Positions 46,621 to 55,843 of a stretch of 64,000 nucleotides of DNA are shown one piece after another. Positions within the stretch are counted from its first letter, which is position 1. Each line of letters begins with the position of its first letter. This DNA comes from a virus (lineage: Duplodnaviria > Heunggongvirae > Uroviricota > Caudoviricetes), in the IMG/VR virus record IMGVR_UViG_2751185836_000001. One strand, written 5' to 3'. The notes below the pieces were generated by a model. The model did no database searches, was not told the origin of the DNA, and worked only from the letters and a program-made list of their open reading frames with translations. Made by a program: the position numbers and the translations under genes.

Positions 46621-47226
46621 ATGCTGAAGAATGTCAACGAAACACTTGAAAAACTGGATCGTTTCGAGAAGACTGCGGATCCCGACCTGAAGGCTTTCCT
46701 TATGGAAGTTGGCTGGCACTTGGAGAACCTGCATCTCTCTAAATGTGTGCAGGACGCCATATTTCACTTGGGCGACAAGGGATATTACAACCCAAGTGAA
46801 GAGCTGTTAGAAAGGACAACCAAAGCCTTGTTTTATAACAAGGACATGCAGGAGCACCAAGATGAACATGCTGGAAGGATTGTAGGAAATGTCCTGTCGG
46901 ATATTCGTCCGCAGATTTCCTATTTCCTTGTACCGCCGAGAGATGTGATCGTGGATTACACGCTGAACACAGGAGACACGTTCCAGTGCATCATGAGGAT
47001 TTGGGACGCAGATTTTGAGAAAGCGCTGAAAAATACACGGGATTTGCTGCTCCGGCATGGCACAGACGAAGACGTAAAACGGATTATGGGGGCCTATGTT
47101 CCCGAAAGGGAGGAAGACAGAAAACTCAAAACATCCGGGAAGTACACCGACCTGGGGGATGGCTATATCCTTCCTGGTTACGTGATCAGTGTAGTGAAGA
47201 GGATGCCTGGAGAGGAGGAAGCCTGA
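46621..47226 (+). CDS. hypothetical protein, paralog family P (member 2)
   Basis: RBS ATAAGAGGAGGAATGAC. LEKLDRFEKTADPDLKAFLMEVGWHLENLHLSKCVQDA parallels members 1 and 3. Confidence 0.5.
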   Translation: MLKNVNETLEKLDRFEKTADPDLKAFLMEVGWHLENLHLSKCVQDAIFHLGDKGYYNPSEELLERTTKALFYNKDMQEHQDEHAGRIVGNVLSDIRPQISYFLVPPRDVIVDYTLNTGDTFQCIMRIWDADFEKALKNTRDLLLRHGTDEDVKRIMGAYVPEREEDRKLKTSGKYTDLGDGYILPGYVISVVKRMPGEEEA

Positions 47227-47537
47227 TGACAAATATCTACGAACTCAAAGAAGGCGTTGGTTTTGTCCGGTTGGTCGCGGTGTATTCCCTGGAACCGAAG
47301 GCTGCTCTGGTCGCCTATATCCGGCAGAGCATCCATAAGGATTTCAACACATGGACTTACCCAGAAGAAATCCCGGGGATGCGGGAGTCGGATACGGTAA
47401 AGGATCACTGGTACTATGATGACCATGCAGGTCGGAGAGTGATCAGTGCGTATCCGGAAAAAACTTGCCTATTTTCTACTCCTCGAAGAATGTGCCTCTT
47501 TGCCAATCCCGACGAGGTGGCGTACAAACGAGAATAA
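47226..47537 (+). CDS. hypothetical protein
   Basis: ATGA overlap with the upstream gene. 103 aa. Followed by a GCGTGC..GCACG hairpin plus T-run terminator. Confidence 0.4.
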   Translation: MTNIYELKEGVGFVRLVAVYSLEPKAALVAYIRQSIHKDFNTWTYPEEIPGMRESDTVKDHWYYDDHAGRRVISAYPEKTCLFSTPRRMCLFANPDEVAYKRE

Positions 47538-47643
47538 GAAAGATGATCCGTGAGTTAAAAGGCGTGCTTTGTGCACGTCTTTTTTTCTTGGTCTTCTTTT
47601 GGCATATTCCTGTGAAAATTTTAGATAAGAGGAGGACAAAAAT

Positions 47644-48552
47644 ATGTTAATTCACGTAGCAGACACGATTGAGAGGCTCAACGCCTTTGAGGAGACCGCG
47701 GATCCGGAGGTTCTTGCCCAGGTAAGGGATCTTTTGCGGGAGGTCCGCTGGCATCTGGAGAACCCGTCCCTTTCCATGTGCGTCCAGGAAGCGGCATTTG
47801 AACTGGGAGAAGAGGGATATGACCATCCGTCCCAGGAACTGCTGGAGGAAGCCACGAAAGCACTGTACTTCAGTGAGACCTTCATCGATGGCGAAACAGC
47901 GTATGACCTTGTAGAGAAGGTCATAGAGGAGAGAGGGCTGCGGCTGGAAGACATCATCGAAGACGGTGAAGTCCTGGTGGAATACGGGACAACAGTCATC
48001 CCGCAGGCCCACTGCATCATGGCCAAGGAAAGTGATGATCTCATGAGCGCACTGGAAGACACGCTCCACAGGATCCTCTTGATCGGCGATGAAGGAGATG
48101 TCAATGAGATCATGGGAGCACGCCGCGCGAACGATGCTGAGATGGACGCGCTTGCCGAGAATGACGAGGAGTTCATCGAAATCGATGACGGCTACATCCT
48201 GCCGGGATACATAGCCGGCATGAAAAAGCTGGAAGCTCGGCGGATCAAAAGCCTTGCGGACCTGCTCTTCCTGGATGACAGGATCGTGGAGTTCCGTACA
48301 ACCGCCTATCCGTTTCCCTTACACTGTATCATGGGGGAGAAGAAAGCGGTGACCGTGGAGAACATCAAGGCAGCTCTGAGTGTCACACTTGGGCGTATGC
48401 TCGGCAGCGGCGCGACGGAAGCGGATGTCAGGCATTTCCTTGGAGCGTTCATCCCAACGGATGAAAAGCACAAGTTTATGCTGACGCATGACCATTACTT
48501 TGATATCGGGCTTGGCTACATCCTGCTGGGCGAAATCCTGCTCAGTGAATGA
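47644..48552 (+). CDS. hypothetical protein, paralog family P (member 3, two tandem domains)
   Basis: RBS ATAAGAGGAGGACAAAAAT. Contains two repeats of the family domain (IMGA..P....GYILPGYI and FLGAFIP....GLGYILLG). Confidence 0.5.
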   Translation: MLIHVADTIERLNAFEETADPEVLAQVRDLLREVRWHLENPSLSMCVQEAAFELGEEGYDHPSQELLEEATKALYFSETFIDGETAYDLVEKVIEERGLRLEDIIEDGEVLVEYGTTVIPQAHCIMAKESDDLMSALEDTLHRILLIGDEGDVNEIMGARRANDAEMDALAENDEEFIEIDDGYILPGYIAGMKKLEARRIKSLADLLFLDDRIVEFRTTAYPFPLHCIMGEKKAVTVENIKAALSVTLGRMLGSGATEADVRHFLGAFIPTDEKHKFMLTHDHYFDIGLGYILLGEILLSE

Positions 48553-48647
48553 TCAACAGGAGAGAAGGCGTACCCATTGGTGCGTCTTTTCTTTTTGTAT
48601 TTTTTCATATTACAGAGAATTTTTTAATAAGAGGAGGAACAGAAAAA

Positions 48648-49616
48648 ATGAAAACAGCAGAAAACAAACAGAAGGTCTTTGAGGAATTGTCCCTGTATGA
48701 TCCGTTCATGTTCGCCAAGGTACTGAACGACCCGGAAAAGTGCAGAGGACTGTTTGAGCGTGTGATCGGGGAACCCGTCAAAAGCGTGACCGGGGTTCAG
48801 TCCCGCTATGATGGGACTACGGAGGCTGTCCTGGCGTTCCAGGCAGAAAGCGAGACGGATCTGTATTCCGTCTGTGTCCGCCATATTAAGCATGGCAACG
48901 TAGGAGCGGCCGGCGCTCATGCCATGGCAATGGCAGAGAACCTTTGTCGTGGGAAGAAGGTGCAGCCGCAGATCGTGGGCATCGTGATCACGCCCTTCGA
49001 CCCGTTCGGTAAGATGAGGGGAAAATATACCTTATCCTACTATGACAGGGAAGCGGATTGCGGCCTGAGCGGAGGCCCGCGCCAGATCATCCTGAGTACG
49101 GTGGGGAGAGGAGAAGACAAGAGTCTTCAGAATTTCCTCGACTATATGGCAGGACGGGCTTTGGTTTATCATGATGACTACATTGTTAGCCTCATGAACG
49201 CCGTAAAAGCAGTACGGGATAATCCGTTTTGGGCGGCCGAGTATCATGACCTTGCCCGATTAAGGGATACCGCTCTGCGGGATGGCCGCGTGGAAATGTT
49301 GAAAAGCGCACTGAAAAAAGGCGCAAAGGCAGAGTACATCAAGAATTTCCTTGGTGCTACAGACGAGGAGCTTGAAATGGCTACAACGGAGCAGCCGGGA
49401 GATTGTGAGAGGCCCAAGGCCAAACGCTTATTCAACCTGCATAATACCAACAAACCGGTGTATGCGGTCGCATACGGAGAAAACCTCCAGGATGCGGTGA
49501 AACGTACCTGCGATGAAATTAACCTGCATAAGCGTGGAGAAAGCACCGTCCCGGACGAATGGGATGGTGAAGAGTTTAATATCGATACGCACCATGGCGT
49601 GTTGATATTTGACTAA
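48648..49616 (+). CDS. hypothetical protein (weak resemblance to Rpn/YhgA-like PD-(D/E)XK N-terminus)
   Basis: RBS ATAAGAGGAGGAACAG. N-terminus LSLYDPFMFAKVLNDPEKCRGLFERVIG resembles the L.DP.D.VFK..F motif of Rpn-family proteins. Unverified. Confidence 0.35.
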   Translation: MKTAENKQKVFEELSLYDPFMFAKVLNDPEKCRGLFERVIGEPVKSVTGVQSRYDGTTEAVLAFQAESETDLYSVCVRHIKHGNVGAAGAHAMAMAENLCRGKKVQPQIVGIVITPFDPFGKMRGKYTLSYYDREADCGLSGGPRQIILSTVGRGEDKSLQNFLDYMAGRALVYHDDYIVSLMNAVKAVRDNPFWAAEYHDLARLRDTALRDGRVEMLKSALKKGAKAEYIKNFLGATDEELEMATTEQPGDCERPKAKRLFNLHNTNKPVYAVAYGENLQDAVKRTCDEINLHKRGESTVPDEWDGEEFNIDTHHGVLIFD

Positions 49617-49703
49617 TGTTCTGTTAGTTTGCTACATAAGAAAGCGCCCCATGTCGGGCGCTTTTTTTTATCAAAATTACGGCAAGGATACTCCATCTTC
49701 TTA

Positions 49704-50009
49704 TTACTCTGGCGTTTTAATCATCCCATATGACCGCAGCAGCAGGTACATGTCCCGCATACCTGTCATATACATGAGGTCATTCATATCCGTGTTATTC
49801 CGGTCGGTGGCCTCCAGGAGATCCTCCACAACTTCCCGCTGCCGCTCTGTGAGCGTGCTTTTGATTTCTATATATTGTTTTTCAGCTTTCCCGTGAGCCT
49901 CGGACGACTCCTGATATGCCTGGTCATTCTTGATAAAATCCATCATAGACTGCTCTTTGAGAAAAGCCAAGCCTTCTTTTAGCAGATCCTGCACCATGCG
50001 TTCATCCAT
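49704..50009 (-). CDS. hypothetical protein (YolD-like position next to Y-family polymerase)
   Basis: Start at MDERM with GGAGGTAATGAG RBS (the longer track ORF has a GC-rich implausible N-terminus). Divergent from the polymerase gene. Confidence 0.35.
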   Translation of the reverse strand: MDERMVQDLLKEGLAFLKEQSMMDFIKNDQAYQESSEAHGKAEKQYIEIKSTLTERQREVVEDLLEATDRNNTDMNDLMYMTGMRDMYLLLRSYGMIKTPE

Positions 50010-50215
50010 CTCATTACCTCCATCCTGTCTTATAAGCGGATTATACATTATATTTAGAAAAGATACGCCTTTCTCACATGAAGAAAAATATTTATGAATG
50101 AAAAAACGGAACCAGGTTCCGCCTTTTGCCAAAATAGCCCAGAACATATATTCGATTTTAATGTTGTCAGAACGTATGTTCTGTGTTATAGTTTTCTCAG
50201 AAAGGGGGTGGAAGC

Positions 50216-51688
50216 GTGAAAACCGAAAGAAGCTATATCTGCATTGACCTAAAGTCCTTTTACGCTTCCGTGGAGTGCCGGGAGCGGGGACTCGACCCAC
50301 TGACCACGAACCTGGTGGTGGCAGATGAAAGCCGGACAGACAAGACCATCTGCCTGGCCGTGACGCCGGCACTGAAAGAGCGGGGTGTGCCCGGGCGGCC
50401 CCGGCTGTTTGAAGTCAAGCGGAAGGTGCGGGAACTAAACTGTGGCCGGAACGGACCGGCTACGTCATGCGATAAGACGGTCCTGGATCGGCACCGGAAC
50501 ATCCGGATCGACTTTATCATCGCGCCGCCCAGGATGGCCCTCTACATGAACTACAGCGTCCGGATCTATCAGGTATATCTGCGGTATATTGCTCCAGAGG
50601 ATATCCATGTATACAGTATTGACGAGGTGTTCATGGATGTGACGGACTATCTGCGGACCTACAGGATGACCGCCCATGAACTGGCCTTAAAGATCATAAA
50701 GGACGTACTGAAGGAAACGGGGATCACGGCTACAGTTGGCCTGGGGACCAACATGTACCTGGCAAAGGTGGCCATGGACATCCTAGCCAAGAAGGCGGCT
50801 CCAGATCGGGACGGAGCCAGGATTGCCGCGCTGACGGAGAGTTCCTACCGGGAAAAGCTGTGGGGGCACCGTCCGATCACGGATTTCTGGAGAGTGGGCC
50901 ACGGCTATGAAAGGAAGCTGAAGAGTGTGGGCATCACCACGATGGGGGAGATTGCGAGATGCTCCATAGGAAAGTCTGGGGACTATTATAACGAGGATCT
51001 GCTATACAAGCTATTTGGTGTGAACGCGGAACTGCTCATCGACCATGCCTGGGGCTGGGAGCCGTGCACGATCCAGGATGTAAAGTCCTATAAACCATCC
51101 TCCAATAGTCTCAGTTCGGGGCAGGTCCTGCACGAGCCATATTCGCCTGATAAGGCCCGGGTCATCGTGATCGAGATGGCCGACAGCCTGGCCATGGATC
51201 TGACCCGCAAGGGTGTTGCTACAGACCAGATTGTGATGACCATCGGGTACGATGTCTCCAGTATCAAACCGGGGTTTAAGGGTTCGATCCACGTATATCT
51301 TGACTGGTATGGGCGGCCCGTGCCCGTGCATGCCCATGGAACGTACAATCTGCAGTATTTTACCGCTTCTAGTGCAGAGATCACCAGGGCGGCCGCCACA
51401 TTGTATGACCGGATCATCAACCCGGAGTTTATGATACGCAGGGTCAATATCTGTGCCACGCACGTGAAGGAAGCCCCGGAGGAAAATTTCGTGCAGCTGG
51501 ACCTGTTTACCGACTATGTAGGCCTGGAGCGGGAAAAGAAGAGGAAGGAACGGGAACTGAGGCTCCAGGAAGCGGTCCTGGATATCAAGGCCAGGTACGG
51601 GAAAAACGCCGTTCTCAAAGGCACTAACCTGCTAGAGGGAGCGACCATGCGGGAGAGGAACGAACAGATAGGAGGGCACAAGGCATGA
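50216..51688 (+). CDS. Y-family (UmuC/DinB-like) translesion DNA polymerase
   Basis: GTG start after AAAGGGGGTGGAAGC. N-terminus SYICIDLKSFYASVECRERGLDP. Palm/finger motifs SIDEVFMDVT. 490 aa. Confidence 0.8.
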   Translation: MKTERSYICIDLKSFYASVECRERGLDPLTTNLVVADESRTDKTICLAVTPALKERGVPGRPRLFEVKRKVRELNCGRNGPATSCDKTVLDRHRNIRIDFIIAPPRMALYMNYSVRIYQVYLRYIAPEDIHVYSIDEVFMDVTDYLRTYRMTAHELALKIIKDVLKETGITATVGLGTNMYLAKVAMDILAKKAAPDRDGARIAALTESSYREKLWGHRPITDFWRVGHGYERKLKSVGITTMGEIARCSIGKSGDYYNEDLLYKLFGVNAELLIDHAWGWEPCTIQDVKSYKPSSNSLSSGQVLHEPYSPDKARVIVIEMADSLAMDLTRKGVATDQIVMTIGYDVSSIKPGFKGSIHVYLDWYGRPVPVHAHGTYNLQYFTASSAEITRAAATLYDRIINPEFMIRRVNICATHVKEAPEENFVQLDLFTDYVGLEREKKRKERELRLQEAVLDIKARYGKNAVLKGTNLLEGATMRERNEQIGGHKA

Positions 51689-52086
51689 CAGAATACCAAG
51701 ATATGGTCACCAGGCCCCATCCGGACCCGAAATACCACACCCGGATGCCGATGGAGAACCGCGCGGCCCAGTTCGCGCCCTTTTCCGCACTGACAGGGTA
51801 CGAGGAAGCAGTAGAAGAGGCCCACAGGCTGACGGACCACAGGCCTGAGTTGTCCGAGGAGGAGAAGGATGCGCTCGACCGGGCCCTGCAGCAGGCCCTG
51901 GAAGAAATAGAGAGGCCTGTCACGATCACCAGGTTCATCCCGGACGCCCGGAAGGAAGGCGGCCGCATCGTGACCAAGAAGGGCCAGATCCGCCGGCTGG
52001 ACGCTTACCGCCGCCGGCTGGTACTGGAAGACGGGGACAGGATCCCCCTGGACGAGATACTGGACCTACAGAGCGGGAAGGAATAG
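51685..52086 (+). CDS. hypothetical protein (translationally coupled to polymerase gene)
   Basis: ATGA overlap. 133 aa. Confidence 0.45.
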   Translation: MTEYQDMVTRPHPDPKYHTRMPMENRAAQFAPFSALTGYEEAVEEAHRLTDHRPELSEEEKDALDRALQQALEEIERPVTITRFIPDARKEGGRIVTKKGQIRRLDAYRRRLVLEDGDRIPLDEILDLQSGKE

Positions 52087-52142
52087 TTGAAAAGCAACAC
52101 CGGCTCCTTTCTCCCATATTCAGGGGAAAGGAGTTCGTGTTT

Positions 52143-52577
52143 ATGGTAAGTATCACACACAGCATAGAAAGCCTCATGGCGCTCATACGGGAGGCGATGG
52201 ATGACGTCTTTGGCGAGGACGTCTATCTGAAGAAAGAGGAAGATTATAAAGGGGAAGGACTGGCCCCGATGCAGGGCGATGGTTACTTTCGTATGGAATA
52301 CCTGTACCGGCCTTTACGATACAGTATCATCTGGAAAGGAACCGTCGCTGATTTCAAGATCAAGCTCCGGGACGAGTCTGGAGCGTTCTGTCATATAGCC
52401 TCCGAAGAGCCAAGAGATATCATGGTCACTGACCGGGATATCCGGAAGCTGGCAAAAAGGGTCAAGCGCGCGATCGAGGATGGCCCCAGGTTTTACGCCT
52501 TCCGGATGGGCCGGCTGTACCGCCGGGTGGACGGGCGCTGGAAAAAGGTCCGGGCTGGAGGTGGCGGCGATGCGTGA
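52143..52577 (+). CDS. hypothetical protein
   Basis: ATG 9 nt after AAGGAG (the track GTG at 52137 is too close to the SD). 144 aa. Confidence 0.4.
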   Translation: MVSITHSIESLMALIREAMDDVFGEDVYLKKEEDYKGEGLAPMQGDGYFRMEYLYRPLRYSIIWKGTVADFKIKLRDESGAFCHIASEEPRDIMVTDRDIRKLAKRVKRAIEDGPRFYAFRMGRLYRRVDGRWKKVRAGGGGDA

Positions 52578-53109
52578 CCAGAGAAACAAAGGAATACATC
52601 CGCAAGGGATCACGCTCACTAACACGATCGCCTGGGTCGTCCTGGCGGCTGCCGGACTCTTATCCGTCTATCTGCCCAGGTCCGGTTACCTGTCCCTGGC
52701 CGGCGCGTTACTGGGAGCGGTGTTCTTCTGGGGAGCCCTGGCTATGCTCCTTCATGAGACGCGGGAGCATCCGCCAACATCAAAAGGGCAGAGCCGGCTG
52801 CGTATGATCGTGGCGGTCATTGCCGTCATCGCCTGTCTGTGGGTCACGAAGGACCCACTCCTTGATCTGGCCACGGGCCCGAGGGAAACAGTTCTGACGA
52901 ACGTGAGGGTATATAAGACGCTAAATGTCGGGATCATGCCGGACAGATACTACCTGGCCGGGGACAGCGCGGGCGGCCGGCACATTTCCCTGACCATTTC
53001 TTTGTCGGATTATGAGCGCATAGGGCAGGGCCAGCCCCTAAGTGTTACATACTATCGTTATACGGAACGGCTCATCCGATACGGCAGCACTGGCGAACAA
53101 TACTTGTGA
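52570..53109 (+). CDS. membrane protein (about 4 TM helices)
   Basis: ATG overlaps the upstream stop. Hydrophobic helices IAWVVLAAAGLLSVYL, LSLAGALLGAVFFWGALAMLL, MIVAVIAVIACLWV. Confidence 0.45.
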   Translation: MRDQRNKGIHPQGITLTNTIAWVVLAAAGLLSVYLPRSGYLSLAGALLGAVFFWGALAMLLHETREHPPTSKGQSRLRMIVAVIAVIACLWVTKDPLLDLATGPRETVLTNVRVYKTLNVGIMPDRYYLAGDSAGGRHISLTISLSDYERIGQGQPLSVTYYRYTERLIRYGSTGEQYL

Positions 53110-53123
53110 AAGGAATTACCAAT

Positions 53124-53312
53124 ATGGAAGAAAAAATCTTATGCTTTATCAGAGATTATATAGAGAGGTCCGGGTTCTCCCCGTCCTACAGAGAGATATC
53201 CAAGGGTGTGGGACTCAGCTCCACGTCCTCCATCCACCATCACATCATGAAACTGAAAAAGGAAGGAAAGCTGATCGGCGGGGAACTGCCCCGGACGCTG
53301 CGGCTTCCGTAA
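53124..53312 (+). CDS. LexA N-terminal (winged-helix) domain-only protein, no S24 peptidase domain
   Basis: MEEKILCFIRDYIERSGFSPSYREISKGVGLSSTSSIHHHIMKLKKEGKL matches the LexA DNA-binding domain pattern. 62 aa, then stop. Confidence 0.5.
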   Translation: MEEKILCFIRDYIERSGFSPSYREISKGVGLSSTSSIHHHIMKLKKEGKLIGGELPRTLRLP

Positions 53313-53463
53313 AAGAGCGATAGAACGTATCGCTCTTTTTTATGAATTTTATATAAGAAATGCGATTTTTCTCTTCTTAATATACATGCTGATTTGCTGT
53401 GAACCGAAACGGGTGCAGTTTTCCATGTTTTAAGGAATTTACAGATAAGAGGAGGAAAATATA

Positions 53464-53766
53464 ATGAAGGAATACAGAGTAAAACAAGAGATGGCTCCCC
53501 ACCTGATTTTTGTATTAGACCGGGATCATGTCCGGTATCGGTACTATACACCGAAAGGAGAGGACTATTTTCTTTTCTATGTGGACGCAAACAGCCACCA
53601 TTTTAAAATCCTCATGGAGGATGCTCACTGTGAAAAGCAGCGGCATCAGCATATCAGCAACATCCCGGTCTACTCGGAGCGTACGATCGCAAACCGGGAG
53701 AAGCTGGAACGGCTGCAGAAGCTTAACGGAAGAAGAGGATTTATACGGCTGCGAAAAAGAAAATGA
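53464..53766 (+). CDS. hypothetical protein
   Basis: RBS ATAAGAGGAGGAAAATATA. 100 aa. Confidence 0.45.
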   Translation: MKEYRVKQEMAPHLIFVLDRDHVRYRYYTPKGEDYFLFYVDANSHHFKILMEDAHCEKQRHQHISNIPVYSERTIANREKLERLQKLNGRRGFIRLRKRK

Positions 53767-53970
53767 CAAGGAAAGGAGAATAGCTATGACGGCTTTCGAG
53801 GTATATTACAATAACTAAGTGGGAAAGCTGCCACTGGTAACAGTGTGCAGATGAAAGAGCAACTCTCGCAAGGCTTGTAAGAAAAAAAAGAAGGTACCAA
53901 ACATATGTTTGTATTTTTCTTCGTTTCATATTATAATAGAACTATATTATAAATCTAGTGGAGTTATCCT

Positions 53971-54366
53971 ATGACAAAATACTACCGTACCCCTCATTTG
54001 GTTTATGACTGTAAATACCATGTCATATTCTGTCCCAAGTACCGGCGCGGTATTCTGATAAACGGGCTGGATGAACTGGTGAAATCAGTATTCCTTAAGA
54101 TCGCGGAACAGAAGAACTTTCAAATCGTCGAGATGGAAGTTATGCCGGATCATGTCCATTTGCTGATATCCTGTAACCCGCGTTTTGGCATCATGAATTG
54201 CGTCCGAGCCTTAAAGCGGTATTCCGCCGCACCCATGCGGGAGTTTGACCCTTCGCTAGAGCACCGGATCCCCAGCATCTGGACCAGAAGCGCTTTTATT
54301 GCCACGGTCGGGTCCGTCTCCCTGGAAACAGTTAAAGCATACATTGACTCACAGAAGGAACAGTAA
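53971..54366 (+). CDS. tnpA: IS200/IS605-family Y1 (HUH) transposase TnpA
   Basis: YHVIFCPKYRRGIL, HVHLLIS (HuH), and catalytic Tyr region RALKRYSAA. 131 aa. Confidence 0.8.
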   Translation: MTKYYRTPHLVYDCKYHVIFCPKYRRGILINGLDELVKSVFLKIAEQKNFQIVEMEVMPDHVHLLISCNPRFGIMNCVRALKRYSAAPMREFDPSLEHRIPSIWTRSAFIATVGSVSLETVKAYIDSQKEQ

Positions 54367-54367
54367 A

Positions 54368-55843
54368 ATGGCACGTACCCAAACAGACACCTTTATACTC
54401 GAACTAAAATTGAAGACTTCCCTGGCGGATGCCGCGTACCTGGCAAAGTGCTTCTCCGCGGGCCAGGGTATCTACAATATACTGGTCAGGCACTGCCGCA
54501 GGCGGATCGCTTCCCTCTGGCAGGACCAGACCTACCGGGAACTGCTGGCTGAATATCGCACCCTGAAAGACGGAAACGAGCGCAAGGCCGTATCAGAGCG
54601 GTTAAAAGTCCTCGTAGCGGCCTATGGGCTGACGGAATACAGCCTCCATTCCTTTGTGAAAATCCAGCAGAAAAAGCATAAAAAATACATCAACAGCCTG
54701 GTGGCGCAAAAGATTGCCTCTTCCGTCTGGAAAGGTGTAGAAAAAGTCCTATACGGGAATGGAAAGCTTTTGCGTTTCCGAAAATATACAGAGTTTGTTT
54801 CCCTGGAAGGAAAGAATAACAGCACAGGGCTCATTTTCCAGGACGGCATTTTAAAAGTAAACGGGCGACCTATTTATGTGTCACGTCATAAGAGAGACGG
54901 GTCCACTTCCCGCTGGTATGAAGATGAAGCTTTAAAGCACCGCATAAAATACTGCCGGCTGGTGCGCAAGCCTGTCGGCTCCTCTTGGCATTATTATGTT
55001 CAATTAGTCCTGGAGGGGACAGCACCCGTCAAACACAGGCTTGGGAGTGGCCGGGCCGGCCTGGATATCGGGACTTCCACGGCGGCGGTTGCTACAAAGC
55101 AAGAGTGTATCCTCACGGTGCTGGGGGAAAGCGTTGAGGATATCGAAAAAGAACAGCGCCGGCTGCTCCGGAAAATGGACCGGTCCCGCCGGGCTATGAA
55201 CCCGCAGAACTATAACCCCGACGGCACGGTCATGAAGGGGCGGAAGAAATGGATCAGCAGTGCCCATTACCGCAGGATGCGCATGGAATACGCCTCCCTC
55301 TGCCGGAAACGGGCGGCGACCCTGAAGCAATGGCAGGAGGCTATGGCAAACCAGATCGTAAGCCAATGTGACACCTTGTATGTGGAGAGGATGAACTTCA
55401 AAGCTCTGCAGAGGCGGGCAAAAACATCACCTGTCAAGGAAAATGGGAAACACACCAGGAGGAAACGGTTTGGGAAGAGCCTGCAGACCCGAGCCCCAGC
55501 CCAGTTCTGCCGGACCCTGAAACGGAAACTGGAAGCCCTGGGCGGCCAATATCTGGAAGTGGATACCAGAGCCTTCCGGGCCAGCCAGTATGACCATGTG
55601 ACTGATACCTACACAAAGAAAAAGCTCTCCAGACGCCACAACATCATAGATGGTCGGTGGGTCCAGAGAGACCTGTATTCCGCTTTCCTTTTGAGCAACA
55701 GCGCAAAAGACCTGGCCCACGCGGACCGGGATCGCTGTAATGAAACATTCAACCTTTTCCTTAAGAACCACGACGCCTGCGTCGCCAAGATCCGTAACAC
55801 AAAAATTAAGATACCCCGCAGCTTTGGGTTCCAGGCTGCATAA
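54368..55843 (+). CDS. tnpB: TnpB-like RNA-guided endonuclease of IS element B
   Basis: ATG 1 nt after the tnpA stop. 491 aa. Same motifs as 17148..18623. Confidence 0.75.
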   Translation: MARTQTDTFILELKLKTSLADAAYLAKCFSAGQGIYNILVRHCRRRIASLWQDQTYRELLAEYRTLKDGNERKAVSERLKVLVAAYGLTEYSLHSFVKIQQKKHKKYINSLVAQKIASSVWKGVEKVLYGNGKLLRFRKYTEFVSLEGKNNSTGLIFQDGILKVNGRPIYVSRHKRDGSTSRWYEDEALKHRIKYCRLVRKPVGSSWHYYVQLVLEGTAPVKHRLGSGRAGLDIGTSTAAVATKQECILTVLGESVEDIEKEQRRLLRKMDRSRRAMNPQNYNPDGTVMKGRKKWISSAHYRRMRMEYASLCRKRAATLKQWQEAMANQIVSQCDTLYVERMNFKALQRRAKTSPVKENGKHTRRKRFGKSLQTRAPAQFCRTLKRKLEALGGQYLEVDTRAFRASQYDHVTDTYTKKKLSRRHNIIDGRWVQRDLYSAFLLSNSAKDLAHADRDRCNETFNLFLKNHDACVAKIRNTKIKIPRSFGFQAA

